Source of the DNA: Paraspadella gotoi
Taxonomy: Eukaryota; Animalia; Chaetognatha
Assembly: GCA_051294375.1 (NCBI GenBank)
Contig: CM119267.1
Span: forward strand, 11,729,553 to 11,793,552
Length of the DNA stretch: 64,000 nucleotides
Reading direction: 5' to 3'
The notes under the pieces were generated by a model that was given only the letters and a program-made list of their open reading frames with translations, was not told the DNA's origin and did no database searches. Positions 46,550-59,912 of this stretch are shown here, piece after piece. Numbering within the stretch: position 1 is the first letter of the stretch; each line of letters begins with the position of its first letter. Position numbers and translations under genes: made by a program.

Positions 46550-49347
46550 CACCGTCAGTCTTCTTTACGAGTAGGTTGGTTGACGATTCGTTTTGTGAGG
46601 ACACTTAACCAAAAGGGGAAAAAAATTGAACGAGGCAGAGAATTCAGTACGGATTTAATGACGCAATAATAGAAATTTGAAGGGGCGTTTGCTCACTGGT
46701 GCAAACTACTACTAGGACCAGTTAGGTTATAAAACGCCGTAAAATAACTTTTTTAAAAGCAGTTTTTTTTCCTGCTCTTTATTTTCTACACAAAAAACCT
46801 GATTTCATTATTCCAAAAAGAGAAGCCGAGCAGGAGTCAGGTTATTTTTTAACTTAGAATTAGACGAACGAGGTCATTTATTCCAAGTAAAACTTTTTGA
46901 GAATAAATCATGAGAATTAGAGACGTAATTCGATCTTTAAAAAATGTTTGCCAAAGTTTACTGGATTCTTCAAATGGTGATTTTGGAAATAACTCAAAAA
47001 AATTTGAACACAAATCAGGAGATAAGCAAACTCTGATATTGGTTATCGAGCTTTTATTTTGACGTTAGTAATTGCTCACGCGATTGGACTTACCGAGAAT
47101 AATTCTGTCGTGCCAAAACAAGAATAGTTTTCAATCATTTTTTCCATATTCGAAGAAAACACGCCGAACGTTTTAGAGCCTAAAAGGAATTATTAATAAT
47201 TAATCAAACAATAGTGTGTAGTGTGTACCCTGGAAATAAATAAAAAAACGAAAAGTGAGTTCTGAATTATAAATAAAAAACCGGTCCTATCCACTAAGGA
47301 ACGGAAGATTCGCAAGCAAGATCGCAGTTTCTTCCATTCTAATTCTTCATGATTAATCTTTTGTCACTCGTCAGTTGGCTAAAATCATACTTCTTTTAAT
47401 AACTTTCATAATCATATTTTTGTGGTTCACAACCTGGCCGAAATTAAAAACAATAAAATTTAGGTTATCTTGTACAATTTAACTGTGGTGTGGAGATGAA
47501 TGAAGGGCGATCCCGGATTTGGAATGTCGAATTAAGTTTACCATGAATGAATAAAAAAAATTTCTGTGGTCTTTTTTCTCTACCAATTTCATAAAGCTTT
47601 TCTCAGCTTGGTCAGGCGAAGAGAATCGGTTCTCCACATTTGATAATTATCGCTTAAAATTTTGTCGAATGAAGCACGAAATGTTTACTAGTAACTATTG
47701 ATTAGCTTAAACATGCTACAAAAAAGCTCTTTAAAGTTTAAACATTAGGTTCCGTGTTAAATAATTTGTAGCTTACAGCCTAGGTATATAATACTACTAT
47801 GATGAAACGGCTATATTTCATACATTATACTAACAACTATACATTCGGAAAACATTAGACATTAGACAATTAGACATTAGAAAATAGACAACATATTTAA
47901 AATTATTCGGATGTATAATTAATTGTTCCTATTCTCATCGCTTACCTTTCTCTTTTTCTTACCTAGTATTCTTTTGCACTGTCGGTGTAACACCGCGACG
48001 AGGCACAAACAACAACAATATCGTAATAAAATATAAAGTTTTAAAAATGCATAAATAACCAGGGGAAGTAAAAAATTGAAAGGGAGAGAATTGGAGAAGC
48101 AGCATCCGCGCTTTCCGAAATTCCCCAGCTCGAGGCGATGCGTTTCTAAAGCGGGCGGAGAATTACATACGGGAAAGTGAGAAGACTTCATCCGGTCCGG
48201 GGAGGCATGCGCTTTCGCAAAGTCAGTGCTTGGTTCGGTCGTTCCTCCGTCTCTGGCAGGCGACGTGAAAACAACATTCGTGCTGACGGCTCTCTACTCG
48301 GTTCTTGCGTTCATGGAAGAGAACAAAAGCGCCTAACGCGGCTTTAGTAAAAAACATTATCTTAATGGAAGAAAAAGCTCAGTTGAAAAATGTAGAAATT
48401 AACGTAAATATTTATATAGATAGATAAAGAATGAATTTTTTAACTTTTTAAATCCGACCCTTTCAGGACTGAATTAAAATAAATAAAACTTTTTTTTAAA
48501 ACAAATTTTAAGTTGTCAATTAAAAGTTAAGAAGATTCTTTTATTAATGACATAAACAGCATTCATAGTAGAAAACATCTCTAATATATAAAAGGCTCTA
48601 AGTTATTGGTCTTATTGGCCGATTTTAAATAAATAGAAATGAATAGAAATCCGCGCTAACAAATTGACCAAAATGTGTTTTGAGCTTCAGCAAGCGACGA
48701 TGAAAAATGTTTAATTTTTAAGGAACGGGGAGACAAACTTGCAAATGAAGAACCAGGCAAGGCCAAGGGCTTTTTCGTTTTAGTCCTTTCCTCAAAGCGC
48801 AAGAAAAGGAAAGCCAAAAAAGGCAGACCGTGTGTTTCTTGCAAGGTAATGATAATTGCAAGTTTTTAGAGATTAATGACAGTAAATATGGATATAATTG
48901 TGGAAGGTTTTTGAAATTATAATGGTAGTAAATATGATAAAATTATTAGTTGATCTCCTTTAATAAACTCAAATTGAAAAAAAATATTGCTATTATTATT
49001 TAAATCAAAGCAGTCAAAAATATTTTTAATCAAAACATCGAATTTTTCTAGTGTTTTGGCTTTCAGTGGTTTTTAAGAGATACGCACGTTACGCAGCTCC
49101 GTAGTAAAGAATTTGTTTTGGTAATTTTTTTCCTGAATCAAGACATAACATCAATATTAAACAACTTTCTAAGCATTTGGTTGGTTATTTCTTCATTCTT
49201 TATAGAAACATAAGTATTAGAATGGAGCGAGGAAAAGATTGAACAATATTTTTCTGCTGCCTTTGAACACTCAAAGGGCCACTTTATAACTTTAAATTCC
49301 AGACGGTAATAAAAATAATTTTAAAAATTATATAAGAAAAATTTTCA

Positions 49348-50600
49348 AAAACAAGTTTGAGCAAACAATGTCGGATCTGTATACGAAAATTAATTAATCG
49401 ATTAATTAATTAATTAATTTTAATATTTAATAATTAATTATAAATTTATATACAGCTTATCATCATCGATGTCCTTAAAATAAAGTAAATGTGACTTATA
49501 TTTTTTCTATTTAAACTCATTTCCACTGGCACAATTCCGTCAAAACTTTATATCTAGCTTTTTCACAACTTTCCTTCCCGCTCACAAAATTTCATCTCAA
49601 TCTATTATTTGTTAAAATAAGTAAAAAGAGTCAAGTAAATGTGACTCATATTTTTTCATTTAAACTCATTTCCACTCGTACGAAACTTTATATCAAGCTT
49701 CGTCACACATTTTCCTACCCACACACAAAATTTGAACTCAATCTATCCATCCAATTATGATTAATTAGAGTATTTATTGGTTAAAATAAGTAAAAAGATT
49801 TTAGTAAATGCGACTTAGGTTTTTTCCATTTAAACTCATATCGACTCACACGATACCGTCGAAACTTTATATCCAGCTTCATCACACATGTTCCTACCCA
49901 TACACAAAATTTCGTTCCGATCCAACCAGCCAATCACGAGTTATTGGGGCTTTTTGCTAAGGTGGGACGGATGGACGGATTGATTGACTGATTAATTAAT
50001 TAGTGATTAATTAATTGACTAATTGATTAATTAACTGATTAATTATTTGATTTATTAATACATCCTGCATATACATTTAATATAAAAAGAAAAAATCATA
50101 ATTAATTAGTGAAACAGGTTTTTTGTTTTTTTTCATTTAAACTCATTTCCACTCAAACGATTCCATCGAAACTTGGTTTCCTGTTCAATCACACACTTTC
50201 CTACTCACATACAAAATTCCAGGTCAATCGCCCCATCCACTCATGAGCAATTGGTGTTCAAATAGTAAATTTATTTTTTTTTTCCATTTAAACTCATTTC
50301 CACTCGGACGATTCCATCGAAACTTTATATCCAGCTCAATCACACACTTCCCTACCCACACACAAAATTTCATTCAAATCCATCCATCCAATCACGAGTA
50401 ATTGGTGTTTTTTGCTAAGGTGGGATGGACGGACGGACGGACGGACGGACGGACGGACAGACATCATTTTTTTTTGCATAATTTATCATAATTCGATGTT
50501 CTGACATGATATAAGTTAGTGCCCGACAATATTGAGGGGCGGACCGACGGACCGACAGTGAATTATAGAGTCGGGATCTGCTGATAAGCAGATCCGACTA
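49348..50600 (+). mobile_element. Helentron-type non-autonomous element, family B (copy 2)
   Basis: Same 5' end as 42886, about five diverged copies of the ATTTAAACTCATTTCCACT...CACACAAAATT subrepeat, a (GGAC)n tract, and the 3' hairpin AGTCGGGATCTGCT-GATA-AGCAGATCCGACT followed by an A-run. Confidence 0.8.
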
Positions 50601-52696
50601 AAAAAAAGGAATCAATGTATCTAAATTTTATTAAAATTACTAAAGTGGTTTAGGAGATATGATTTTTTAAGCTTGAGTGTTCCAAAACCAAATGAAAAAA
50701 TCAACTTTTATCTAAAAGCTTCAGAATCATTGACTGTATTCAGTATATGTTTCAATAACCTTAAGATTATTATTTAGGGATCTGGGGCAATCCAGTTATC
50801 AAGCTATCCTTCCGGATATCCAGTACAATTTTATTTTTATTTTTAATAACATTCAGCTTTGCGGTAGAGTACTTCATTTTCATAAATCACTACTCTTAAA
50901 CAGATGGCCCAATTTTAATAAAATTTATGTCAAACTTATTATCTTTCTATAAACTTATAATTTTTTTTAAAAATTAAAAGTATATAGGATAAAGTCTGAA
51001 ATAAAGTAGCGCGATTTTTATTCACATGATTGTATATGAAATTGGTACAACCAATATAAAAATTATCCATTCATTTAATAAATAAGCTATCTTGCCTATT
51101 TAACAAAAAATAATTAAGCTTTTTTTTAATATTTTGAATAACAGTATTATAAATTGAATTTTTTTTATAGTAATATCCTAAAAAAATATTTTTTAAATTT
51201 TAATGTAAAGAATATAGGCGACTTACGATCGGTGTTTTATAATATTTTGTGAAAACTGCAAAAAATTAATAAAAAGTTTTATCATATAATAATTTTTACT
51301 ACAGAGAATAAAAAAATAATTTTAAGCTTTTTTTAAAATTTTTGATGCTGAAGAAATGTTTATATTTTTAGTCTAACTTTTTACAAATAATCTGTTTCCC
51401 AAACAATATAAGAAAAATAATCATACAATCTCACGTCTAAATATCCTTGTTTGTTCACTCAAATATAATTTTTTTCCCCCAAAAGCTCCACTCTAGTAAG
51501 TATTGAGCAAGAGCAGGTCTAGACTTTTATAGAATAAAAAAAGTAAGGAAAAATGAGAAAAAAAGATAAAAATAAAAGTCTTAGTCACAAATGATCCTTA
51601 GGATGAGTATAAAAAGCCCTCGTACTTATGTATAATGTATTATATTGCATATATACTTTATACGTACACAGAAGGCTTCATATAAGAAAATGATACGCCG
51701 TTTTTTCAAGCGAGAATTTGTTTCGCACAAACTACACGATCAAATTTGATAAGATTTGGCATGAAGGTAGAATTTGGCAACACAAATGTAACTATTGAGA
51801 GGAATTTTGATATTAAACCCCTGAGAGGAGATACAGGGCACCGCGGTTGAATCCCCTGAATCAGTAACATTGATGACTTGGCTATAAATAGGATAAGTGC
51901 CGAGAAAAAAAAAGACGCGATTTTTATTTTTTTAGAAATTGCATTTTTTTGGTATCATTTACTGTGGACCTCCCAGTACTTTAAATAATTTGTGTTTATT
52001 GATGAATATTAATATTAATATTAAACTGTTAAAAGTCTAACTATCTCAGCATATGAATTCATTACAATTATGTTTGGTTAGATTTCCATTTTATTTATTT
52101 AGTTTTTCCGTTGTAATTGATTCATTACTAATCAGAGTAACAACACTTTTCTCCTTCAAAAACATGAAATTTACAAAAGACTGTACTTTACAGTCAATAT
52201 AAACTGTGCTGTAAAGAAAATAATACCTAGTTAAATAGAGAAAATGCAAAATCGTCACTTTATTAAAACAGGCCCTGCCTATGGTACAGTTTCTGTCTAA
52301 AACAAAATAAACGTAAGAAAGATGAAATGAAGGAGGCGTGATAGCTCAGACATTTTCTCGAATTAATGTTCATTCATGATATTGATAAACTTCGGCAATC
52401 CTCGATAAACCTTATTAATATTACCGCTATTCAAACAATAATTGTTAAATTACAACAGTTGCTCAAGTTGAAAAAAAACTAGTAAGGGTTTTAGAAGAGA
52501 AGTCATCTTTATAAAACGCAGATCAATTTTGTTAAACAAGAACAAACAACGGAGGACAGCTACTCACTGAAAAATTAAAGCTAGCTACGAAAACCGAACG
52601 TGATCCGATGATTTTTGTCACATTAGTTCTGCTTTAGGTAAATTTTTTTTAGCCAAAACGTCTCCTCTTCTCCAACTTCTTCGGGCGTTTTTGCTT

Positions 52697-53625
52697 TTAC
52701 TCCATCTGCATGGCGTATTTCAAGGTCCATTCCTTGGCCGTGGAGATGGCCTCAGGCTCGTTCGTCTTCCACTGTTCGGCGACGTCGTTTGCGAGCGGGT
52801 CATCGGGGTTGGGGGCGCTGAGAAGCGCCTGGATCGAGAGCAGCACCGTGCGGATCTGCAGCGCCGGCGACCACTTGTCCTTAAGGATGTCAAGACAGAT
52901 GCGCCCCAACTTGTCGATGTTAGGGTGATAGATCTTCGTCATGAACCGAACTTTCGGTGCCGACATCGGGTACTCCTCGGGAAGGTAAAGTTCCAAGTTG
53001 AAGGAGCCGCCCTCGTAGGGAGACTCGGCCGGACCCGCCACCACCACTTTGAAATACCGCGCGTTCTCCTCGGCGGGAAAAGCACTAATTCCTGGAACGG
53101 GCTCGGCCAAAAGCCGCTGAGTTTCTGTGAAGAGAATAGTTATGTTGTTCAGTCAATATTTAACAACCACGTACGTACTATGAAGGAGCTAATATTAGTT
53201 TATATGTTATGAGGCCATTTAGAAAAAAATACAACTACAACTACAACTGTTAACGAAAGAGTTAGCTGAAATTTTTCATCTTTCTTTCTTTCTTTTTTAC
53301 TTTGTTTTGCTTTTTCCTTTTGTTTTTTTTTCAATTTTTTTCCCATTCAGTCTTTCTAGAATTTTGAATATTAGCTATACTTGGGTTTATACTGAAGACT
53401 GAAATTAGTAAAACCAATACCATTTTTTTTTTCATGCTGAAGGTAATAATTTCAATTCGTTGCGAATAATGCAGTCTAAAACACTCACGCCGCTCACGAA
53501 TACTGACTGAATCTACCTTGTGCGAAAAAAGATTAATATGTTAATGCCTTATTAAAACCGGCCACGATGATACAATACAATAACAAATTACCTTTAATTA
53601 TACGTCTCGGAAGTCCAGCAGACAT
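52697..53625 (-). CDS. UBE2N: Ubiquitin-conjugating enzyme E2 N (Ubc13), 2 exons
   Basis: Exon 1 53625-53592 and exon 2 53124-52697 give [24 protein letters not shown]...[53 protein letters not shown]. Confidence 0.98.
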
Positions 53626-56600
53626 TTTTATGTTAAGGCAATAAATAGAGAGACAAATGGTGATCCACCGAACACAACGCGGGTCATTTATCAGTTTTTT
53701 TTGTTTTTTTTTTTTAAGAATCTTCAGTTCTTCAGTTCTGAACGAAAATACCTAATCTAGTCAAATTAATGCAAAAATGTGGGTTCATTGATTTTCGCGT
53801 CGCAGGTTTTCGTTATGATGTAACAAATATTTATTTTTTTAAAATTTGGCCAAATGCATATATATAAATAACAAAGCAATGAGATCAAGTATGAAAACAT
53901 TTATTGCCGAAGTAATATAAAAATTAATTTTATCCATATACAATCCTTATACATATTACTTACATTACATATTAATTATACATATTACTAATTGAATTCT
54001 GGTTAAATTTGACTGTTTTTATTTCTTTAAATTCAGCTAAGAGCGACTGGCACAGCGAGACTACATCTTGAGAATTCAAGTCCTTCTCTCATTGGTTCGT
54101 TTTTTTACTGGAGAGGTCGCTAGACTTACAAAAAGAACAGTCACAGACTGTAAAATGTTTCTTTATTTGAAATCGAATAACTATTAATAAATGATCAACA
54201 GTAGTTTAAGATGGAATCAAGTACATTACACAATTGATTAGGTAAAATAATTTTAATATAATTATCAAAACCCTCCAAGTTTAATAATTAAAGACGACTT
54301 TGAATATTTGAAATCAATTATAAAATTTTAAATTCAACTTAAACAAGTTCTTGACGATTAACCTAAATTCGTGAGTGAGGTTAAATTAATAGCATAATAA
54401 TTATTTAATTTACAATTCGGGCTTTCCCTTAATAGTTAACGCATTACGCTCCAGGTATAAAGATTTTCCCTTGGTTTAACTAATGAGTAAAATTTTGTTT
54501 GTCGTTTAAAAACTCTCGACCTCTACCGTCCGTATGATAAAAGATGAAACTTTACGGGGCGAAAAGAAAAAAGGTTTTATCGTTCGCTTTGAAATTATAT
54601 TTATAAATTATGTATAGGCGGCGTCTTGAAAAAGCTACACAAGTTGAGGGGTCTGATAACTCTTGCGTCATGATTTAAAATGAGCTTAAAATGTCCGTAA
54701 GGTTTTGGCAGAAGGCATCTTTTTTGAACGAAAATTTAAATGTGTCTCATGCTTAAATTACAGCATGTATTGACTTTATTTTATACATATTAATGAATTA
54801 TGATTTTTAAACTTGACTTGTCGCCCCTTCGAATCAATTTAGATTAAAATAAAAAGTTGACATAATAATTAATTCTTTTTATACAATTAATTTTAAGCTT
54901 TTGGCAAGAATGGATTATTATTTATTAAATGATTAAATTTTTATAATTTCGTCTCGCTGCTTTTTGAAAATCCTCGAGGTGTAATAAAATATTTTCATCC
55001 TTAAATCGTTTTCACTCAATACCACTTTAATTTTCCATTTAAAAAGCGTGGTGATGGTTAGTTGTTATTAAGAAGTATTTACAACCTACCTGATTTTACC
55101 AAATCAATTCTATTTATTACTATAATCAGTTTTAATTTGCTGGGAACCTAGAGAAGATGGAACGAACATTAACTTATGATTGTCAGTACAAACTATGGAT
55201 GTTATTAGGTTGCTTGGATTTGTCTAAGATTTTTCTTATTTTTCTTATTCTTGTTTATATTTATGAAATTCTGACAAACTTTTTATGAAAGAGCAAGGAA
55301 CCACTTAGACAATATCCTGAATAAACCTAAAAGTAAAACTGATCTAATTCATGCTGAAATTGGGCGCTCTTGAAAAATATGGCTATGCAATGGTGACAAA
55401 AAGCGTTTTTTTTATTGAAATACTAACGACAAAAAAATGAGAGATATTTGGGCCCATGAAAATCTTTCCGAGTTTCTCAAACTTGCTCAATTATACGATC
55501 TTGGAAACTGGTTAGGAAGATTTACTTGAAGGTTATTATCATTGTCAACGTCGTCCTAAAACCTGTTTCAAATTCAAAAGTTAAGATCAAGTGATTAATG
55601 TTTTAAGTCCAACTCATTTCAAAATTATGGGAAATACATAAATTACATACATAAGTAAAATGACCGATTTATATTTTATTAAACAATTCAAAACGGGAGA
55701 AAAAGGACATAGAAACATTTTTAGAAACAAAAACGAATACATATTTTGGCTCTTTATAAAGGAAACGTGACTGTGAGCTTAGGTATCAATCAGCCGTAAA
55801 GGGAGAGAGAGGGTTCACGGCCAGATTCTTCGGCCAAATTAATTGGCCAGTGGATCCGCGAATTGTCTTCCCCACCTAAGAAAGATATATACTATATAAT
55901 TTATGGGTCAAATTAAATAAATGAGAAAAATAATGTAATATGAAGGAGAATAAATTCGACATTACCATTTTTGAATTGGTTCAGCCGATATTAAAATTAT
56001 TCAATATTGGGCATTCATTTAATGGAGTTTAACAGCGTGTGGAAGACCACGACATAGAGAGTAAACAGTTTATTGCGAGGCAATAGCTATCTGAATCTGC
56101 TTTTAAAAATATAAAATTCCCAAAAAAATTTTGACATTTCCTATCTATAAATAAATATTAAAAAATTAAATATTAAGGCTTTTAGCCATTTAAAAAAATT
56201 TTGATCCTTGAAAGTTTTCTCAGAAATGTATAAAGTTTCATTTGGGAAGGTTCCCAAATAAAACTTCTGACCTACCCCATTGACAAAGTTTGGCTCTACT
56301 TTTAATCCAATGGAAAGCGTCAGGACTTGTTTTTTCTCAGAATCGACAGATTTTGTGAAAAAATTTTCTCGCAAAATCTGTTGATTTATTAAATCTGCTA
56401 GGCCAACCAAACTTAAAATAAAATCTACCTAAAATATTTTTTACTACTGTAACAATTCTAAACATTTTCATATATTTAGCATAATGTAATCACAGATATA
56501 ATAATTGAACGTGAGAAAAAAAGAAGAGGGAAAGACAATGAAAGAACGTTTTGCTAGATATCTACTATGAAATTAAATTCAATAGGGGCGGGGGTTCAAA

Positions 56601-57580
56601 ACTTTAGTCTTGAAGTTTACTTTCAGGTTTAAAAAAAAATATTTTTTTAAATTTTGATTTTAATGCTTTTATTGTTGCTATCAAAATGATTATATTACTA
56701 TATAATGATAAAATATTTTTTTAATCCATCTTAACTTTTTTTGATTGATTGATTGATAGAGCATAAAAAGTTAAATAAAAAATATAACTACAACTTTAAA
56801 AATTTTTTTGTTTTCTTGGTTAAAATTAAAAAAAAAAATTATCGAAAGATGATGATGATGATGATTATAAATAGTTTTTCATATTTTTCACCCACTTATG
56901 ATCAAAAAATTGAAAAAAGAATTATACTTTGTGTAAACAACTTTTTACAAGCTACCCGAATCTTACCTTAAAAATAAAAAAATCTAAAAAAAATTTTTAG
57001 CCTTTCCTATTTATAAATAATTTAAAAAAAATTAATATATGGATTATGGAGTAATATTAAATTTTTTTGTCTATTCAATTTTTTTAAAAAATGTTTAAAT
57101 TTTCATTTGAGCAGGTGCTTAATTCAAATTTCGTAACTACCTTACTGAGTTAGGCTCCCCCTAGTTTTGCCTCGTCTTTATATCTTTATCTTAACTCCAC
57201 GAAAAAACTACCTAACAAAAAATAACAGCTATATATCTTGATCAAATGTTTTATTTAGCTTCATGTTTCGTGCTCCTTTTTTTCGATAGTGGTCACTGAT
57301 CGAAATACTCTCCTTTTTGCTTTCATAAATTCATACATATCTCCTCTGATTAATTTTTTATCAAGCCATGACCGGCAAAGCCGGTTCAGGCTGATATTCA
57401 TTCGGGTGAGCTTCTTTGTGACGTAGTCGTCGTCGTCGTCGTCGTCCGTCACGCTGTTTTTCCATATAAAAACTACTACGCTTTTATAGGTTTGGCTGTG
57501 ACTTACCGTTTTTTTTTAAAATAAAAATTATTATGAATTATGATAAAGTTTTTACAAAAGTGTGCATTCATAGTAAGTTA

Positions 57581-57868
57581 AAAATTTAGATATGGCTTCT
57601 CATCTTGAAATAGCTTTGATATTTTCTTATTACATTTGGATTTAAGTATGTTTTGTTTGAATTTCCACTTCATTATAATTTACTGCAATATGCAAATGAG
57701 ATTATAGTACTCATTATCATATCCAATTAGTATATAGAAATGTCTTTAATCTAATTTACATATTGCAGTATATAATATTGAAGATGAAATTCAAAAAATT
57801 TATTTTAAATCTCTAATAAAATGGGAACTCAAAAATAACTTTTTAATGAAGAGCTATATCTTAATTTT
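57581..57868. mobile_element. Degenerate foldback/MITE-like palindrome
   Basis: AAAATTTAGATATGGCTTCTCAT pairs with ATGAAGAGCTATATCTTAATTTT, and TACTGCAATATG pairs with CATATTGCAGTA, around a centre near 57725. Confidence 0.6.
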
Positions 57869-58115
57869 AATACAATAAAAAATAAAATCTTTTACAAGCT
57901 GCGATTGGAAAAAATTGGAAAAATTTCAAATTGTAAACCATTGTAACATTTTGCCTTTCTTTTTATTTATTTTATTTCTTTTATTCTTTATTTCAGAAAA
58001 AACGAGTTCTTTTTTTTTCTGTTGAATTTTATAGTTTAGTTTTACTTGTTTACTGCTTTCTAGTTTTTTACACTGATACTGTTTTTGATTTTGTCAATAC
58101 TGTTTTTTGGTATTA

Positions 58116-58153
<38 letters not shown>

Positions 58154-58397
58154 GAGTTCAGTTTCTGCACTGACTGTACAGCGGCCTTCAAGCAGTTGTC
58201 CAGCTTTGTCTCTCTTTCTCTCTCTCACTTTCTCTTTCTGTCTCTTTCTCTCTTTTTCGATCTCTTGTGTGATCGTTCTTTTTTTGAAAAATTATGATTA
58301 TGTTTTTCTTTCTTATGTATATACTCTCTTTTCGTTGTTTTTGAGGTATTAGGAAAAACAGTTTTGTTTGACAACGATTTATTTGACACAATTTTTA

Positions 58398-58735
58398 GTC
58401 AGACATGTTTCGGCTCTTTCATTTAGAGCCTTCATCATGTTTGACAATCAATATTTTGTCTCTGTTGAAGTAAGTTTTTGAGAGAGAGAAAGAGGGAGAG
58501 AAGAGAGAGAGAGAAAAATTGAGGGAGAATTTCCAAAAAAGAATAAGGTAAGGGACAGTGGTCAGATGTGAGGACAGCTGAAGGTGAGGAGAGGGAAGAA
58601 GTAAGTCTTTGAAAAATGAAAATGAGAGTGGGAGAGAGAGAGAGAGAGAGCAAAGCAAAAACTTACTTTCAACAGAGACAAAATATTGATTGTCAAACAC
58701 TGATGAAGGCTCTAAATGAAAGAGCCGAAACATGT
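58398..58735. mobile_element. Penelope-like non-autonomous remnant: inverted ~78 bp repeats, each carrying a minimal hammerhead ribozyme motif
   Basis: 58403-58480 is the near-perfect reverse complement of 58656-58735. The core is CTGATGA-A-GGCTCT-AAATGAA-AGAGCC-GAAA-CATGT(C). Confidence 0.75.
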
Positions 58736-58736
58736 T
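58689..58736 (+). ncRNA. Minimal type I hammerhead ribozyme core (helix I 3' strand missing)
   Basis: CUGAUGA at 58700-58706, a 6-bp helix II, GAAA at 58727-58730, and palindromic helix III ACAUGU. Confidence 0.65.
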
Positions 58737-59608
58737 TTTCTTTCGAAATTTTATTCGGGGCTTTTTTCTCATACAAAATCCCAAATTTACATCCGAGATT
58801 TTGTGGATACATTTTTAAAAAAGTGAAGAATAACTTATATTGACATGCATTGTCACATAAAAATCAGCTAATGTGACTTATTAATATATGCAGCACTTTC
58901 GCCAAACAATATGCATTACATTTAAAAAAAATAAATTTGTATTTATTTATTATTGTAACTTTGAACCGGTTTGCCCACTATTGGCAAATTATATCTAAAA
59001 TAGGGTTGAATAGAGAGATATAGTCAAATTAAACATTACTTTTTTTGTTATTCTGATAATTTATACTATTATTAATTTATAAATATTTTTAGTGTATATA
59101 TTTAATCATTTTATATCTTTTTTTAAATAATAATTATTTGAGTTGTGATAACTATTTATAAATTAATTAAATATGCAAATATAAAATTTGACCTCGTCTG
59201 GTTTCTTCCTAAAAAAAGAACAATCAAAAATTTCATTCAAGATTAAAATTTTTAAAATGAAATAAAATTTTTTTTGATAAGTAAAAAAAATATTTGGAAG
59301 TCAAAAATATCATAGTCGTTAACTGAGTATTTTCAACTATATATTTTGTTAATAGGGATTATAATTTTTGGATCATTATTATTGAAAAGAGTTTAGTTTT
59401 TTTTCTTCTGAAAAGGGGTAGCCCCTCTCAATGGGGTGAATCAAAAATTTAGTAATGGGAACATGCTCAAACGAAAATTTATGCATTTTTAAGTTTACTT
59501 TCAATGTACAAAAATTTCTTATATGGCTCTATATACCCAAATATTTATTTTGTAATATTTTTTTATAGAAAGGAAAAGAGTTCGTCCCTACTCATATTCG
59601 TCGGAAAA

Positions 59609-59661
59609 TGAGTTCAGCTCTGCAGCGGCGGTCCAGCGGGCGGTCCAGCGGCTGTCCAGCT

Positions 59662-59692
<31 letters not shown>

Positions 59693-59797
59693 TCTCTTCT
59701 TTTTTTTTCCTTCTAAAAACTTTTATTATCGCCATTTTATTCCGCGCTTTTTTCTCATAAAAAATCCCAAATTTACATCCGAGATTTTCGTGGATTT
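59609..59797 (+). repeat. Dispersed repeat; uninterrupted counterpart of 58153-58810
   Basis: GAGTTCAG..CTGCA..GTCCAGCTT(CT)n and TTTTCTCATA.AAAATCCCAAATTTACATCCGAGATTTT are present in both copies. Confidence 0.75.
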
Positions 59798-59879
59798 TTT
59801 CCCTAAAAATTTCTGATTATTCTTTATATAAACGAGAGAGACCTAATAATGTGTTTCGTTGGCGGGAAAACCGTCCAGC

Positions 59880-59912
<33 letters not shown>

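Noticed and set aside
48085-48340. Candidate RNase P/MRP, SRP or telomerase RNA
   Set aside because: The conserved P4, Alu-domain and template motifs were not found on either strand.
49500-50410. Repeat-spacer-like array resembling CRISPR
   Set aside because: Units are long diverged tandem subrepeats inside a transposon, with no unique spacers and no cas genes, in a eukaryotic context.
55140-55880. Degenerate coding-like stretch
   Set aside because: Multiple stops and no recognisable motif, so it cannot be assigned.
56342-56387. 46-bp near-perfect hairpin
   Set aside because: Probably the centre of a decayed MITE. No support for a miRNA or other function.
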